Assembly: GCA_963815095.1 (NCBI GenBank)
Contig: CAWFFH010000003.1
Location: 256,001-320,000, forward strand
DNA length: 64,000 bases
Origin: Candidatus Bathyarchaeota archaeon
GTDB taxonomy: Archaea > Thermoproteota > Bathyarchaeia > Bathyarchaeales > Bathycorpusculaceae
Direction of reading: 5' to 3'
Shown: one piece after another, positions 10,891-20,629 of the stretch
Numbering within the stretch: position 1 is the first letter of the stretch
How the letters are laid out: each line of letters starts with the position of its first letter
Program-made: the position numbers and the translations under genes
Notes under the pieces: model-generated
Databases searched by the model: none
The model's input: the letters and a program-made list of their open reading frames with translations, nothing else
Told to the model about the DNA's origin: nothing

Positions 10891-11595
10891 TTAACTAGCT
10901 ATCCTAAAGTAAGTTGTCGCCACTTCATCTGCAAAGTTACTGTACTGATTTGCTTCTGTCTTAACAGCAATTGATAACTCATGCATTCCTTCTGATAATC
11001 CATTAATTGTAATATTACCATTAAATGGTTGCCAATGATTGGAATCTTGATCATCTAAACTATAGTATGCCCATACAACCTTAGAATTAATGTGATAAAT
11101 TAAGTCAACCGCATTTGTGTTGTAGGTTTGGTTCTGTGGAGAAATCATGATAAGTTCTGGTTCAATAAAGCTAGTATCTACGGTTATTGTTGAGTTGACT
11201 GGCGTGCGTATCTTTCCATCTGCTAGGCGGGCATTAATCATTAGTGTATAATTGTCATTTGGTATGTTTGTATAGGTTTTAGAAAGTACATATTCTGATG
11301 CGAGAGGGGAATGGAGCATTATTGAACTGTCAATAATCTTATGGTTGCTATCAGTTATTGTGTAGGTACAGTATAGGACTATAGTTCCTGCGCTTGGAGT
11401 GTATCCCATTGAGAGTGTAAATGTTGGTTTGTTAACGATGTGGGGTGCAAATATGTAGGTTCCTGAGTGGTCAGATATTACATCTTCTCCATATAGACCA
11501 CCAGATGGATAAAAATCAATAATAGACAAGGCTAAGCCAACTATTAGTATGATTGTGACAACTGCAACAATTATTGCGTAAATCTTCTTTCTCAT
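10891..11595 (-). CDS. Secreted/membrane-anchored protein with Ig-like domains
   Basis: N-terminal TM; ISPQNQTY..YSLD...GN.TI.GLSEG.H module shared with neighbours. Confidence 0.7.
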   Translation of the reverse strand: MRKKIYAIIVAVVTIILIVGLALSIIDFYPSGGLYGEDVISDHSGTYIFAPHIVNKPTFTLSMGYTPSAGTIVLYCTYTITDSNHKIIDSSIMLHSPLASEYVLSKTYTNIPNDNYTLMINARLADGKIRTPVNSTITVDTSFIEPELIMISPQNQTYNTNAVDLIYHINSKVVWAYYSLDDQDSNHWQPFNGNITINGLSEGMHELSIAVKTEANQYSNFADEVATTYFRIAS

Positions 11596-11830
11596 GAAAC
11601 CAAGTGTTTGAAATGTATGAATGTGGGTTAATGAAACTTCTTATTCAGTAATCTATAGTCTGCATTGTTAGAGAAACCTATGGTTACTTGCTTTAGTCTA
11701 AGTTTCTGGTTTTCTGCATGGACAATACATGCTATGGTTAGATTGTTTATGTTTTAGTCTTCCATCTTCAACCATTACAAGATGCCCACAGTTTTTGCAT
11801 CTAAGTTTGCTTTCTTGGTTTCCCATAGAT

Positions 11831-12415
11831 TTAGCTCCCTACCAGATTCTTTCTCCTTGAAAATACTACTGCACCCAATGCTATTACCACTAAACATGAT
11901 ACTGTTAGTGTTGTTGGAAACTCTGGAAGAGTAGGAATTGGAGTTGGAGCTATAGTTGGTGAAGAAGTAGGGCTGGGCAATGTTTGAATTTGAACTATGT
12001 TGGAGAAAGCTCCACCCAAATAATCTCCTGCGAGGATATAGAAATAATATTTTGTGGATGAAGATAAATTAGTTACAATGGTCGTGGTTTGTTGGCTGTC
12101 TGATGTCGTCCAAATGTCTTCGTAATCAGAACGGGCGAATGGGTAATGAGAATCCAAAGTTTTGTTTGACATACGCAAAATATAGTTACCAAAATAGGGA
12201 TGTTTAGGAAAGGGCACAAAACCCGCTGGTGGCTGATCACTTGTCCAAGACAACGTAACTGTTGTATCCGTAACTTCTGTAACATTAAGTGTTAAAGCGG
12301 GATTATGATTAGGTGTTGGTTCAGGAAGTGCTTTAACATTTTGTGGCAAGGCCACCATTGAAGCGATGAATAATAGAAGAAACATTAAAGCCAAACTCTT
12401 GCTAATGTAGCCCAT
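11831..12415 (-). CDS. Fibronectin type III domain surface protein with PEF-CTERM anchor
   Basis: Signal peptide; VTDTTVTLSW...NLSSSTKYYF; LPEFP-TM-RRK. Confidence 0.8.
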   Translation of the reverse strand: MGYISKSLALMFLLLFIASMVALPQNVKALPEPTPNHNPALTLNVTEVTDTTVTLSWTSDQPPAGFVPFPKHPYFGNYILRMSNKTLDSHYPFARSDYEDIWTTSDSQQTTTIVTNLSSSTKYYFYILAGDYLGGAFSNIVQIQTLPSPTSSPTIAPTPIPTLPEFPTTLTVSCLVVIALGAVVFSRRKNLVGS

Positions 12416-12450
12416 ACTTACATCTGGAACTGATTTTCATTATAAGGCTT

Positions 12451-12472
12451 CTCGTAAAAGACTCTTAACTGA
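12451..12472. promoter_or_regulatory. Palindromic motif copy CTCGTAAA-AGACTC-TTAACTGA
   Basis: Matches TTAGTCAA-N6-TTGACTAA family; 5 bp from TATA of the FN3 gene; overlaps stop of 12465..12824. Confidence 0.6.
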
Positions 12473-12824
12473 GGTTAGTCAAATTTCTATTCAAATTCAA
12501 GGTAGATTTAAGGCGTATTATTATTTTCGTAATGACCGGTTCCTCCACAAGAGCTATTAAAATTAAGCTAACAAAAAAAACAACAGTCGAACCAATAACT
12601 AACAGAATATAGGACAATTGTGTTCCATAAAATCCCAGGACTATATGGGAGAAAATCATAAAACTATTATGAGGTATGTTAATTCTTAAGTCAGCCTGTC
12701 CATAAAATAACTCTAAAAAATAGCTATCATCATGAGCATAATCATTAACTAAAAAATACGCCATTGGAACTATTGAAACTAGTGCAACAGAACACCGAAG
12801 AGCTAATTTGAATATTTTCTTCAT
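12465..12824 (-). CDS. Hypothetical membrane protein
   Basis: 119-aa ORF with two hydrophobic segments. Confidence 0.55.
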   Translation of the reverse strand: MKKIFKLALRCSVALVSIVPMAYFLVNDYAHDDSYFLELFYGQADLRINIPHNSFMIFSHIVLGFYGTQLSYILLVIGSTVVFFVSLILIALVEEPVITKIIIRLKSTLNLNRNLTNLS

Positions 12825-12930
12825 CCTTAGCCCTTAATAATATACTAACAGTAGATTGAAAAAGATTATCTTACGCTAAAACATCAGTTCTTAGTGTACT
12901 TGCTAGAATTAAAGAAAAAATTAAGCATAT

Positions 12931-13122
12931 TTAGAGCATATTTGCGGCTGTTCCATAAATGAATGCAATCATCAAAATTATTCCCGCAATAACGCTTAGC
13001 TTAAACAGAATAGAGTAAATTTTTTCTGTTTTTCTTAACTTCCATAAGACAGCTAACCATGCAATTACAAAAACCAATACAAAAAGGATTGAGATTGGAA
13101 AAGGAATCAGTTCAAATGCCAT
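12931..13122 (-). CDS. Small 2-TM membrane protein
   Basis: 63-aa ORF, two helices around a basic loop. Confidence 0.6.
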   Translation of the reverse strand: MAFELIPFPISILFVLVFVIAWLAVLWKLRKTEKIYSILFKLSVIAGIILMIAFIYGTAANML

Positions 13123-13168
13123 AAATTAGGTATTTACCTTTTATCTATTTAAGTTAAATTAGATTTAG

Positions 13169-13246
13169 TGGTGGGGCTCCCCGGATTTGAACCGGAGTCT
13201 ATAGAGCCCAAGTCTACAAGCCTAGACCAAGCTAGCCGAGAGCCCC
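13169..13246 (-). tRNA. tRNA-Pro(UGG), intron-less, CCA encoded
   Basis: Reverse complement folds: acceptor GGGGCTC/GAGCCCC, anticodon arm GTAGA-CTTGGGC-TCTAT, T-loop TTCAAAT, 3' ACCA. Confidence 0.95.
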
Positions 13247-13399
13247 ACTGTGGTGCAGAGAACATAATTTCAGCTGAACCATAAAAACCTTAGCCACCCG
13301 TGCTTAAGATTTAGGGTTTAGGGGTTACAAATTTGTAGGGATTTTTCTTGGAAATTAATTCAGCGTATCATATTTAGATCTGCGAAATAGCGGTTAAGT

Positions 13400-15184
13400 T
13401 TAAACTCCTGCCCAGAACAGAGTCTTCTTACGCATAAACGCTACGAATTCCTTGAGAAGTTCCTGCTCTGCACTAGTCAAGTCATCTAGGTGTGTTGTTA
13501 ACAGTTTTTTCGCGTCCGCTTCAGGCACCTTCACATACAAAACATCTTTCTCAAACACATGTCGTCCTGCAATTGGCTTATCCATTGAAATCGCCACCTG
13601 CATTCCGACCTTAGCTTCGCCGATTGGTTTGCCTTGGTCTTGAATCTGATCCACTTCACCTAAGTCTGAGCTGTCCTCTGCGCGCATAAGCGAAACTTTG
13701 GGTTTTATTCTGCCACCTAAAACTTCTACGCCAAGAACTACGGGTTTGGCGCGGCGGAAGATGCAGTTTGGCAGCACTGTGAGTTTGCCGGGTTTAACAA
13801 GTGCTTCAAAGTCTGCTTCGCTTTTGGCTTCGCGCTTATTTTTTGCCCATTCCATGTAGTTGTCGATTAGGTTATAGATGATGGGGTCTTTGAAGATTTT
13901 AACTCCGTTTGCTTCAGCTTCAATTTCAGCGTCGGGCAAAACTTTAACGCCGAACGCTAGGATTGCGCCTACTAAGGGTTGACGCGTCTTCACCACAGAG
14001 GCTTCGATGACGTCGCGTTTGCTGATGTCGCCAATGTCGGCGATGCGGACTTGAACGTTGTTGGCTTTTAAAATTTCAGCCATAGCTTCAAGGGAGCCTA
14101 AAGTGTCAGCTTTCACGATGACGCCGTCGATTTCTTTTGTTATCCTGATTCGACCAATTTCTTCAGTAATTAGGTTACAATACTTGTTAACGTCTTCACC
14201 TTCAGGAACAGCAAACAATGGTGCACCCGCCAAGGCGCCATCCAAATCGGGCGCAACAATTTTCACACCTGCACTTGCGTAAACACACTCGACGCTGGTG
14301 AATTTGTCACGTGGGTCACGCATCTCATCTAACGGCTTTGGAACCAAAATCGTTCGTACGCGAGCCGAAATTGGCCCGTTTTTTCCGCCGACAACTATCA
14401 AATCATCCTTATGGAGGGTACCGTCATAAACAATCGCGTTTAGCGTTAATCCCAACCCGGGTTCCTCTTTAACTTCTAAAATGGAACCTTTGGCGGCGCC
14501 ATCTGTGGTCTGCAGTCGCTTCTTTAGGAACTGCTGAGTTAAGCCCACAAGAACCATGACTAATTCGGATAAGCCTTCGCCGGTTTTGGCGCTGGTCGGT
14601 ACAAGGGCAATGTTGATGGTGAAGTCGCGGATGTGATCGAATCGGTCGGTTTTGAAACCCAACCGGCTAAAATCGCCCATGACAGCGTATAGGCGGTTGT
14701 CTAATGCTTCGCGGACAAAGCTTGACTGTTCTGCGTATGATTTCAAGAAAGGTGTGCCTTCTTGGGGTTTCCATCCGGGAATTCGGTCAATTTTGTTAAC
14801 TGCAACAATGAATGGAGTTTTACGTGCTTTAAGAATCTCAATGCACTCAAAGGTTTGTGCTTCAAAACCCCGCAAGGCATCAACGACTAGAATAGCTATG
14901 TCGGCAACGCTTCCGCCTCTGCGTCGAAGATTCGTAAACGCTTCATGCCCAGGAGTATCTACAATTAGCAACCCTGGAATTTCGATGCCTGTTTTGAAGG
15001 TGCCCATGTAAGGTCCAATGAGTTGTTTTAAGGTTTCCACAGGGAAAAAGCTGGCGCCTATGTGCTGAGTCATGCCCCCAGCTTCACGTAACTGAACATT
15101 GGTTTTTCGCAATTCATCAAGTAATGAGGTTTTGCCTGCATCTACGTGTCCTAGAACACAAACTATTGGTTGACGTGTGGGCAT
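13400..15184 (-). CDS. infB: Translation initiation factor aIF5B/IF-2
   Basis: RQPIVCVLGHVDAGKT, EAGGMTQHIGA, DTPGHEAF, NKID, KADTLGSLEA. Confidence 0.98.
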   Translation of the reverse strand: MPTRQPIVCVLGHVDAGKTSLLDELRKTNVQLREAGGMTQHIGASFFPVETLKQLIGPYMGTFKTGIEIPGLLIVDTPGHEAFTNLRRRGGSVADIAILVVDALRGFEAQTFECIEILKARKTPFIVAVNKIDRIPGWKPQEGTPFLKSYAEQSSFVREALDNRLYAVMGDFSRLGFKTDRFDHIRDFTINIALVPTSAKTGEGLSELVMVLVGLTQQFLKKRLQTTDGAAKGSILEVKEEPGLGLTLNAIVYDGTLHKDDLIVVGGKNGPISARVRTILVPKPLDEMRDPRDKFTSVECVYASAGVKIVAPDLDGALAGAPLFAVPEGEDVNKYCNLITEEIGRIRITKEIDGVIVKADTLGSLEAMAEILKANNVQVRIADIGDISKRDVIEASVVKTRQPLVGAILAFGVKVLPDAEIEAEANGVKIFKDPIIYNLIDNYMEWAKNKREAKSEADFEALVKPGKLTVLPNCIFRRAKPVVLGVEVLGGRIKPKVSLMRAEDSSDLGEVDQIQDQGKPIGEAKVGMQVAISMDKPIAGRHVFEKDVLYVKVPEADAKKLLTTHLDDLTSAEQELLKEFVAFMRKKTLFWAGV

Positions 15185-15395
15185 CTTGTTTTTTCTCCTT
15201 CAATAATTTTGATGATTGGTGAATTATTATAACTGTTAATTGATAAATAATCATTTAACAAGGTATTTGTTTAAGGTTTGGTTTAATAAAAGTCGTTTAG
15301 ATGGGGCTTTAATTGAAACATAAATCCTTTAAAAAACCAATGCACTAAAATGAGAATAAAACCTGTTCACTTTTCTTAATGGGGCTTCATCCTCT

Positions 15396-16835
15396 TCATT
15401 TGTGTTTTTTACGGTAAAAAAGTATCCCAGCAATTACTAAGACAATAAAAGTTATAGAAGCAGCAGCAATAGCAACAACGGGAAAAGACTCTGGTTCTGG
15501 TTTAGCTACAGTGAAACTGGTAGTTTGCGATGAACCTATGTTTCCGAATGTGTCTTGGGCGTAAACTGTTATGTTATGTAAACCGTTTGAAATGTCAGTT
15601 AGGCTTGTGTTGCCAGAAAAGGTTACGTTTTGTTGTCCATCAAGACTATAGCTTGTCCAGTTAACTGCTTTATTACTATTGAAAACTAAAGGTACACTTG
15701 ATTCGTTGTAGTTTTGGTTTATTGGTGATGTGACGTTGATTTTTGGTGGAGTATTTTCTGTTGGCGGTACATAAGATGGGTCAGGAGTGCCATACCCAAA
15801 GGGAGTATACATTTCAACTGCAGTAGACCTAACATAGGTTGTGTCAAACCAAGTCGAACGTTCTGAAATTGTTCCACCAATAGAATACAACCTATCATCT
15901 AACACAGCAACGGCACCAACTGCACTCCCATTTAAAATCGCCATATTGCTCCAAGTGTCCAGCTTAGGGTCATACACTGCACCTTGAGAACCGACAAAAT
16001 AAATTCTTTTAGGAGCTAAAACTCCAGTAGTGGCTGCCCCAACTGGGTAAGTTCCTAAGGAAACGTACAGTTGTTTGCCTTGACTCCACGTATTGTTTTC
16101 AGTTTCATATACCATCATAACAGTGATTCGACCTGTTGGTCCTGAATAGCCACCTGCAGAACTCATAACGTAAATTTTGTTATCAACTGCAACTGCAGCG
16201 TAATAGGGAAACACAGAATATGAAACACCCCAAAAAGACAGCTCCGAGGGCATAGGTGACTTAGATGACCAAACATCAGATATAGGGTCATAAACCCAGT
16301 TGGAAGTTCCGCTGAAAACGTAGATTTTGCCGTTTACCACATTAGCAGTAGGTGAACCAGAAGCTGCTGGCATTGGTGTTTTGGTTTCCCAAGTGTCTGT
16401 TAAAGTATTATACACTTCATTTACGTTTGTGACGTTGGAGTCATAGCCAATTTGACCATTTGCTATTCCACCTATGCAGTAAATCTTGTCCCGAAAAACT
16501 GCAGTAGCAAAATTACATCTTGGATTTGGCATTGGTGATTTAGTAACCCAAGAATTAGTGTTTGGGTTATATTCTTCATTTGTACCTACAACGCCACCTG
16601 TGTCTTTTGAGCCTGTAGAAGATTGGACGGTGAGGTCGGTACCTCCTATAGCGTAGATTTTGCCATTCACTGATGCAACACCAAGAAAATCTCTTGCTTG
16701 ATGCATTGGTGCCTTCTCCACCCAAGTATTCTCAGAGGCAGTGACTCCAGAAACAGGCATAGCTAAAATTATGGATGACGCTGTTAGGAAGACCAGAACA
16801 AGTGCTAAAGCTAAAGGTTTACTCATTACCACCAC
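15396..16835 (-). CDS. Secreted Kelch-repeat protein with Ig-like domain and C-terminal anchor
   Basis: Repeats GKIYAIGG...YNP.T.SW..K.PMP; shared Ig module; PEPESFP-TM-RKKHK. Confidence 0.88.
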   Translation of the reverse strand: MVVMSKPLALALVLVFLTASSIILAMPVSGVTASENTWVEKAPMHQARDFLGVASVNGKIYAIGGTDLTVQSSTGSKDTGGVVGTNEEYNPNTNSWVTKSPMPNPRCNFATAVFRDKIYCIGGIANGQIGYDSNVTNVNEVYNTLTDTWETKTPMPAASGSPTANVVNGKIYVFSGTSNWVYDPISDVWSSKSPMPSELSFWGVSYSVFPYYAAVAVDNKIYVMSSAGGYSGPTGRITVMMVYETENNTWSQGKQLYVSLGTYPVGAATTGVLAPKRIYFVGSQGAVYDPKLDTWSNMAILNGSAVGAVAVLDDRLYSIGGTISERSTWFDTTYVRSTAVEMYTPFGYGTPDPSYVPPTENTPPKINVTSPINQNYNESSVPLVFNSNKAVNWTSYSLDGQQNVTFSGNTSLTDISNGLHNITVYAQDTFGNIGSSQTTSFTVAKPEPESFPVVAIAAASITFIVLVIAGILFYRKKHK

Positions 16836-16858
16836 TTCATTGTTGAAAGGGTTTGTAA

Positions 16859-16927
16859 TAAAAGACTTCTTGTCAAGGAATCTGGACTAAACCGGTTTTT
16901 CTAAGTCAAGAATTATGAACTAACTGT
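16859..16927. repeat. ~69-bp promoter repeat with two palindromes (16869-16890, 16902-16923); near-identical copy at 22912-22980
   Basis: CTTGTCAA-GGAATC-TGGACTAA and TAAGTCAA-GAATTA-TGAACTAA, 33 bp apart. Confidence 0.9.
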
Positions 16928-17023
16928 TCTTGCGTTAGTCTTTTGCTTCCTTTAGTCTTTTGAGAAAGTTCCTCAGGTTGACAAGACTAAGAGATGCAAA
17001 AACTATACACCTTAACTGTTGTT

Positions 17024-17404
17024 TTACTCCATTTCCTTTATGGAAATTGCGACTCCACATTTTTTCAGAAGATCCGTGTCTGCGGTGACTAACTTGAGGT
17101 TTCCTTTTTCCGCTAAATAAGCGTACGAGGCATCGTAGAAAGTTAGATGTCGATTTACTGCTAACTCTAAAACGTTGGCCAACGAGTCAATCTCCAGTTT
17201 TTTTAAAGGCGCAAGGGCTTCTGAAAAAATGGCAGCTATCCTTGCTGGGTCTTTGAGTTTCTTTTTCTGGTTCTCCTTCCACAGGACGTTTCCTATCTCG
17301 TATTCTGTTAGGGTGCTTACTGCGCATTCTTCAGGGTTGTATGGGTTGCCAGAAATTAACAGGGGATAGAGTGCTGAGGTGTCTATGAGGTATTTACATT
17401 TCAT
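17024..17404 (-). CDS. vapC: VapC-family PIN-domain toxin
   Basis: YLIDTSAL, TEYEIGNVLWK, LTFYDASYAYLA, LVTAD. Confidence 0.92.
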   Translation of the reverse strand: MKCKYLIDTSALYPLLISGNPYNPEECAVSTLTEYEIGNVLWKENQKKKLKDPARIAAIFSEALAPLKKLEIDSLANVLELAVNRHLTFYDASYAYLAEKGNLKLVTADTDLLKKCGVAISIKEME

Positions 17405-17624
17405 GTCTTGTCGCTTTGACGTCAGATACCCACTCCTCAGCTTTAACGTCCATTAGGCTATCGAGTTCTTTAGCTATTTTCTTTGCTTTAGCTTTCTTAT
17501 CAGCCACCAAGTCTTCGAGAAGCTGCTCTATCTCCACTTTTAAGTCGACTCCTAGCTTCTCAGCTTCATCTTTGAGGCTTTTTTTGACCCTTACAGATAG
17601 AACCTCAGTCAACGTATACACCAA
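17394..17624 (-). CDS. VapB-type antitoxin (RHH-like)
   Basis: VLSVRVKKSLKDEAEKLGVD; overlaps vapC start. Confidence 0.85.
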   Translation of the reverse strand: MVYTLTEVLSVRVKKSLKDEAEKLGVDLKVEIEQLLEDLVADKKAKAKKIAKELDSLMDVKAEEWVSDVKATRHEM

Positions 17625-17640
17625 CTAAATAATGTATACA
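17614..17640. promoter_or_regulatory. Probable TA autoregulatory operator (two GTATAC palindromes)
   Basis: GTATAC at 17614 and 17634, between antitoxin start and TATA box. Confidence 0.55.
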
Positions 17641-17745
17641 AACAACCTATAAAACTTTACGAAAAAACCCCAAAACAGCTCATACTAGTTGTTTTCTTAA
17701 ATTGACTTCCATTTTTGCACTAATGCCATATTGTTTTGACTTTAC

Positions 17746-18612
17746 TTAAAAACTTTTTAAAATAACAATTGAATGGTTAAACTGTTTTCTTTTTGTGTTT
17801 TTCAGGTAGACCAACAAACCAGCAACCACCAAAGCAACTACTGCAACAGAAACAGCGGCAACGGCGATTGTTGAAAGAGGCATCGGTTGCTGAACGGTGA
17901 AGGTTTTTTCAGCCATCGCAGATTGATTAAACACGTCTTTCGCATAAGCCGTCAAAGTATGCGTGCCTTCAGATAAGCCAAATAAAGTTACATTGTACAC
18001 GTACGAATCCAAAAACGATGCTGATTCGTTTTGAGGCAAAGTCACGTTTGCTCCTCTGTCAAGGCTGTAGGAAACGGCTGAATCAAACTCGTTAGTGGTT
18101 ATGTTAAACATTGCTTGGTTTGCTTTGTATACGTCTAAACCTGAGATTGACATTTGGGGTTGAATCTCTCGATGAATAAAGAAATCGACTGATAATGAAG
18201 GATAAAGGTGATAAAAAACAGTAATCCATGTGCTTGGGCAATAATACAGGTCTAAATCAACTCTTATTGTATGTTTACCTTGGGTTAAATTCGTCAAAAT
18301 CAAATTTAAATTTGCATCAAGTACTTCATTTCGTCTACTGCTGATGTTTTGCTGGTTTTGATTACGGAGGTCTCCATCTAAATAGACATTATAAGATATT
18401 GTCTCGACCCAAACATAGTCGGCTTTCTTCGTGACGGAAAAGTGCAGATTTATACTAGTTCCGTTAATTATTTCTCCTTCATCTGGGTTTTCAATAGCTA
18501 CGCTAAAACCTTCTGCTTGAGCATTTGCGCAGTCAATAAACGACACGGGAAAAACTAAAAGCAACACGACTAAGATTGCGGCGTGTTTTTTCAGTTTGAA
18601 CCCTGACCTCAT
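17746..18612 (-). CDS. Secreted Ig-like domain protein with C-terminal TM anchor
   Basis: Signal peptide, NLTQGKHTI and YSLD...GLSEGTHTL modules, AGLLVYLK tail. Confidence 0.75.
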   Translation of the reverse strand: MRSGFKLKKHAAILVVLLLVFPVSFIDCANAQAEGFSVAIENPDEGEIINGTSINLHFSVTKKADYVWVETISYNVYLDGDLRNQNQQNISSRRNEVLDANLNLILTNLTQGKHTIRVDLDLYYCPSTWITVFYHLYPSLSVDFFIHREIQPQMSISGLDVYKANQAMFNITTNEFDSAVSYSLDRGANVTLPQNESASFLDSYVYNVTLFGLSEGTHTLTAYAKDVFNQSAMAEKTFTVQQPMPLSTIAVAAVSVAVVALVVAGLLVYLKNTKRKQFNHSIVILKSF

Positions 18613-18726
18613 TGGCGCACCTTAGAATCTTTAACTGTTGATAAGATATTTAGTTCTATTCAAGGAACAGAATGTTCCAATAATGGAACAGACACAAGTT
18701 TCTTGATGTACTGACTCTCGAATAAA

Positions 18727-20523
18727 CTATTTTTGCCTGCGTTTTTTGTCGTAAACCAACAAACCAGCAGTCGCCAATAACACAACTACGAGAGCCATAA
18801 CGATAACAATCAATGTTGGAAAACTTTCTGACTCCGTTTCCTTACTCTGTATAGTCCCTGAAAGTTCCTGAGGGACCTCAGTTGAAGGCAACTCAATAGC
18901 ACTGAACTCATTTGGAGATAATATTGGATAGTAGTCTATGTTACGGTCAGTTATTTTGTATGCTCCTTGCGCGGTTGAGTTGTTGTCGCTCCAGAAATTG
19001 CCAACCGAACCATTGTCCCAAGCATTATAGCTGGCGGCATACTGAGGAAACACAGTGGAGTTTTCGTTGTAGCCTTCATCGCCCTTCCAAACAAATCTTC
19101 CTTTAATCGAGACTTGGACGCTGCCGTTGTTGTTGTCTATGAAATTGTTGAGGTAGAAGCTGCTATTTTTTATGTCATTGTATATTATTATGGCAAAATT
19201 GGTGTTTTGAGCGAGGTTGTTCTCTTTTGTGGTGCACCAAGAAAGGTCACCCATTCCCATCTCTATACCTGCCTTATTTTTTGATATGTCGTTTCCAGTT
19301 ATCGTAACGTTAATGCCATTTCGGAAGCATAATCCGCCCTCTCTGTTTTGCGTAATATTGTTTTTGCAAACAATTGAGTTTGACATGTCCCAGAAGTAAA
19401 CCCCATGTTGTCCATTACCCTCAAGGTAATTCCCAGTAATGTTGCATCCTGTTCCTGCTTGTATTCCACAACCACTATTTGCGATTATTAGGTTATTTGA
19501 AATAATAGCGTTTTTCGAACCGCTGATGCTGTAACCGGTGCTGTCTATTCCACCTCCGTTAGCCCTGATTAAGTTGTTTGCGATGGTCGTGTTTTCTGAA
19601 TCATATTGTTCGATCGCGTCGTTACTGTTATTGGTTAATTTATTGCCGATTATCAAGTTGTTGGAGGAGTTGCGAAGGGATACGCCGATTTCGTTATCTG
19701 TTAATGTGTTTCCGTAAACTTTGCAATTGCTCGAGTTAAAAAGGGAAATTGCCGTATATGCATATTTAATGTCCAAATTAGGAACTATTATGTTACTGCA
19801 GCCTTCAAGATGAACCATACTTGCGTCGGCTGGCACAGTTATGTTTTGTTGGTTAATTAGGTAGTAGATTGGTTTACCGTTGATTGTATTCGACACATCT
19901 ACGTCACTTTTTTCGTAGGTCAAGTCTTCAAAATTAATTGTGTTGTTTTTCATTTGGTTATTTCTGAAGAGATTTTCTGAACCGAAAAAAGTTATGCCTA
20001 TCTCGTTATTCATTACTTGGTTTCCTATGATTCTGCATTCTATGCCCCCGACGATTGATATTCCATTGGTGGTGTTTGAAATTTTACAATTATTTATAGT
20101 GCAGTTGGTCGATCGGTTGGGGTTTGGGTCATACCACAAAAAAGCTTCTGGATCCCTATAATGACCGAGCAGAATACCAGTCTCAAAATTTTCTACATTA
20201 ATGTTTTTTATGGTAACGTTGTTTTTGTCGTAAAGAGCAATACCTGTGGAATTTCCTTTTCCTTTTAATGTGAAGCCTGCTCCGTCAAGCACAATGCCAT
20301 TACGCTCGATGGTAATGTCTCCTTCTATGTTTCCCTTGAGCGTGTAGGTGGTTCCGTCTCGGGTGATGTTTGGAGCGTTGCATTCTCCGTCTGAGTAGAT
20401 TTTGTAATTCTGAAGTGTGTTTGCAAATGTTGGAGAAGCATTAATTTGGGATAGGCTGCTTTGAAACCAAATCGGTGAAGTAAACAATGCCAACGCAAAG
20501 ATTGCCAGTAGTAACTTCTTCAC
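18727..20523 (-). CDS. Secreted right-handed beta-helix (NosD/CASH) protein with C-terminal anchor
   Basis: Many Asn-rich N.I..N..GI repeats, N.WDNG..GNFWSD, ESFP-TM-KKRRQK. Confidence 0.88.
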   Translation of the reverse strand: MKKLLLAIFALALFTSPIWFQSSLSQINASPTFANTLQNYKIYSDGECNAPNITRDGTTYTLKGNIEGDITIERNGIVLDGAGFTLKGKGNSTGIALYDKNNVTIKNINVENFETGILLGHYRDPEAFLWYDPNPNRSTNCTINNCKISNTTNGISIVGGIECRIIGNQVMNNEIGITFFGSENLFRNNQMKNNTINFEDLTYEKSDVDVSNTINGKPIYYLINQQNITVPADASMVHLEGCSNIIVPNLDIKYAYTAISLFNSSNCKVYGNTLTDNEIGVSLRNSSNNLIIGNKLTNNSNDAIEQYDSENTTIANNLIRANGGGIDSTGYSISGSKNAIISNNLIIANSGCGIQAGTGCNITGNYLEGNGQHGVYFWDMSNSIVCKNNITQNREGGLCFRNGINVTITGNDISKNKAGIEMGMGDLSWCTTKENNLAQNTNFAIIIYNDIKNSSFYLNNFIDNNNGSVQVSIKGRFVWKGDEGYNENSTVFPQYAASYNAWDNGSVGNFWSDNNSTAQGAYKITDRNIDYYPILSPNEFSAIELPSTEVPQELSGTIQSKETESESFPTLIVIVMALVVVLLATAGLLVYDKKRRQK

Positions 20524-20570
20524 CGCTTTGTCCTCAAGTAAACCTCACCAAGTAAATCCTTTAAAGTGTT

Positions 20571-20629
20571 TTCGTCAAGATTTCTTGACTAACCCAGAAA
20601 ATTACTTAGTCAAACTTTCTTGACTAAGT
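20571..20629. repeat. Two palindromes: TTCGTCAA-GATTTC-TTGACTAA and perfect ACTTAGTCAA-ACTTTC-TTGACTAAGT
   Basis: Read directly; second copy encodes the LVKKV* end of the upstream gene. Confidence 0.9.

Noticed and set aside
13169-13246. tRNA-Pro as attachment site of an integrated element
   Set aside because: No duplicated tRNA 3' end and no integrase seen in the window.
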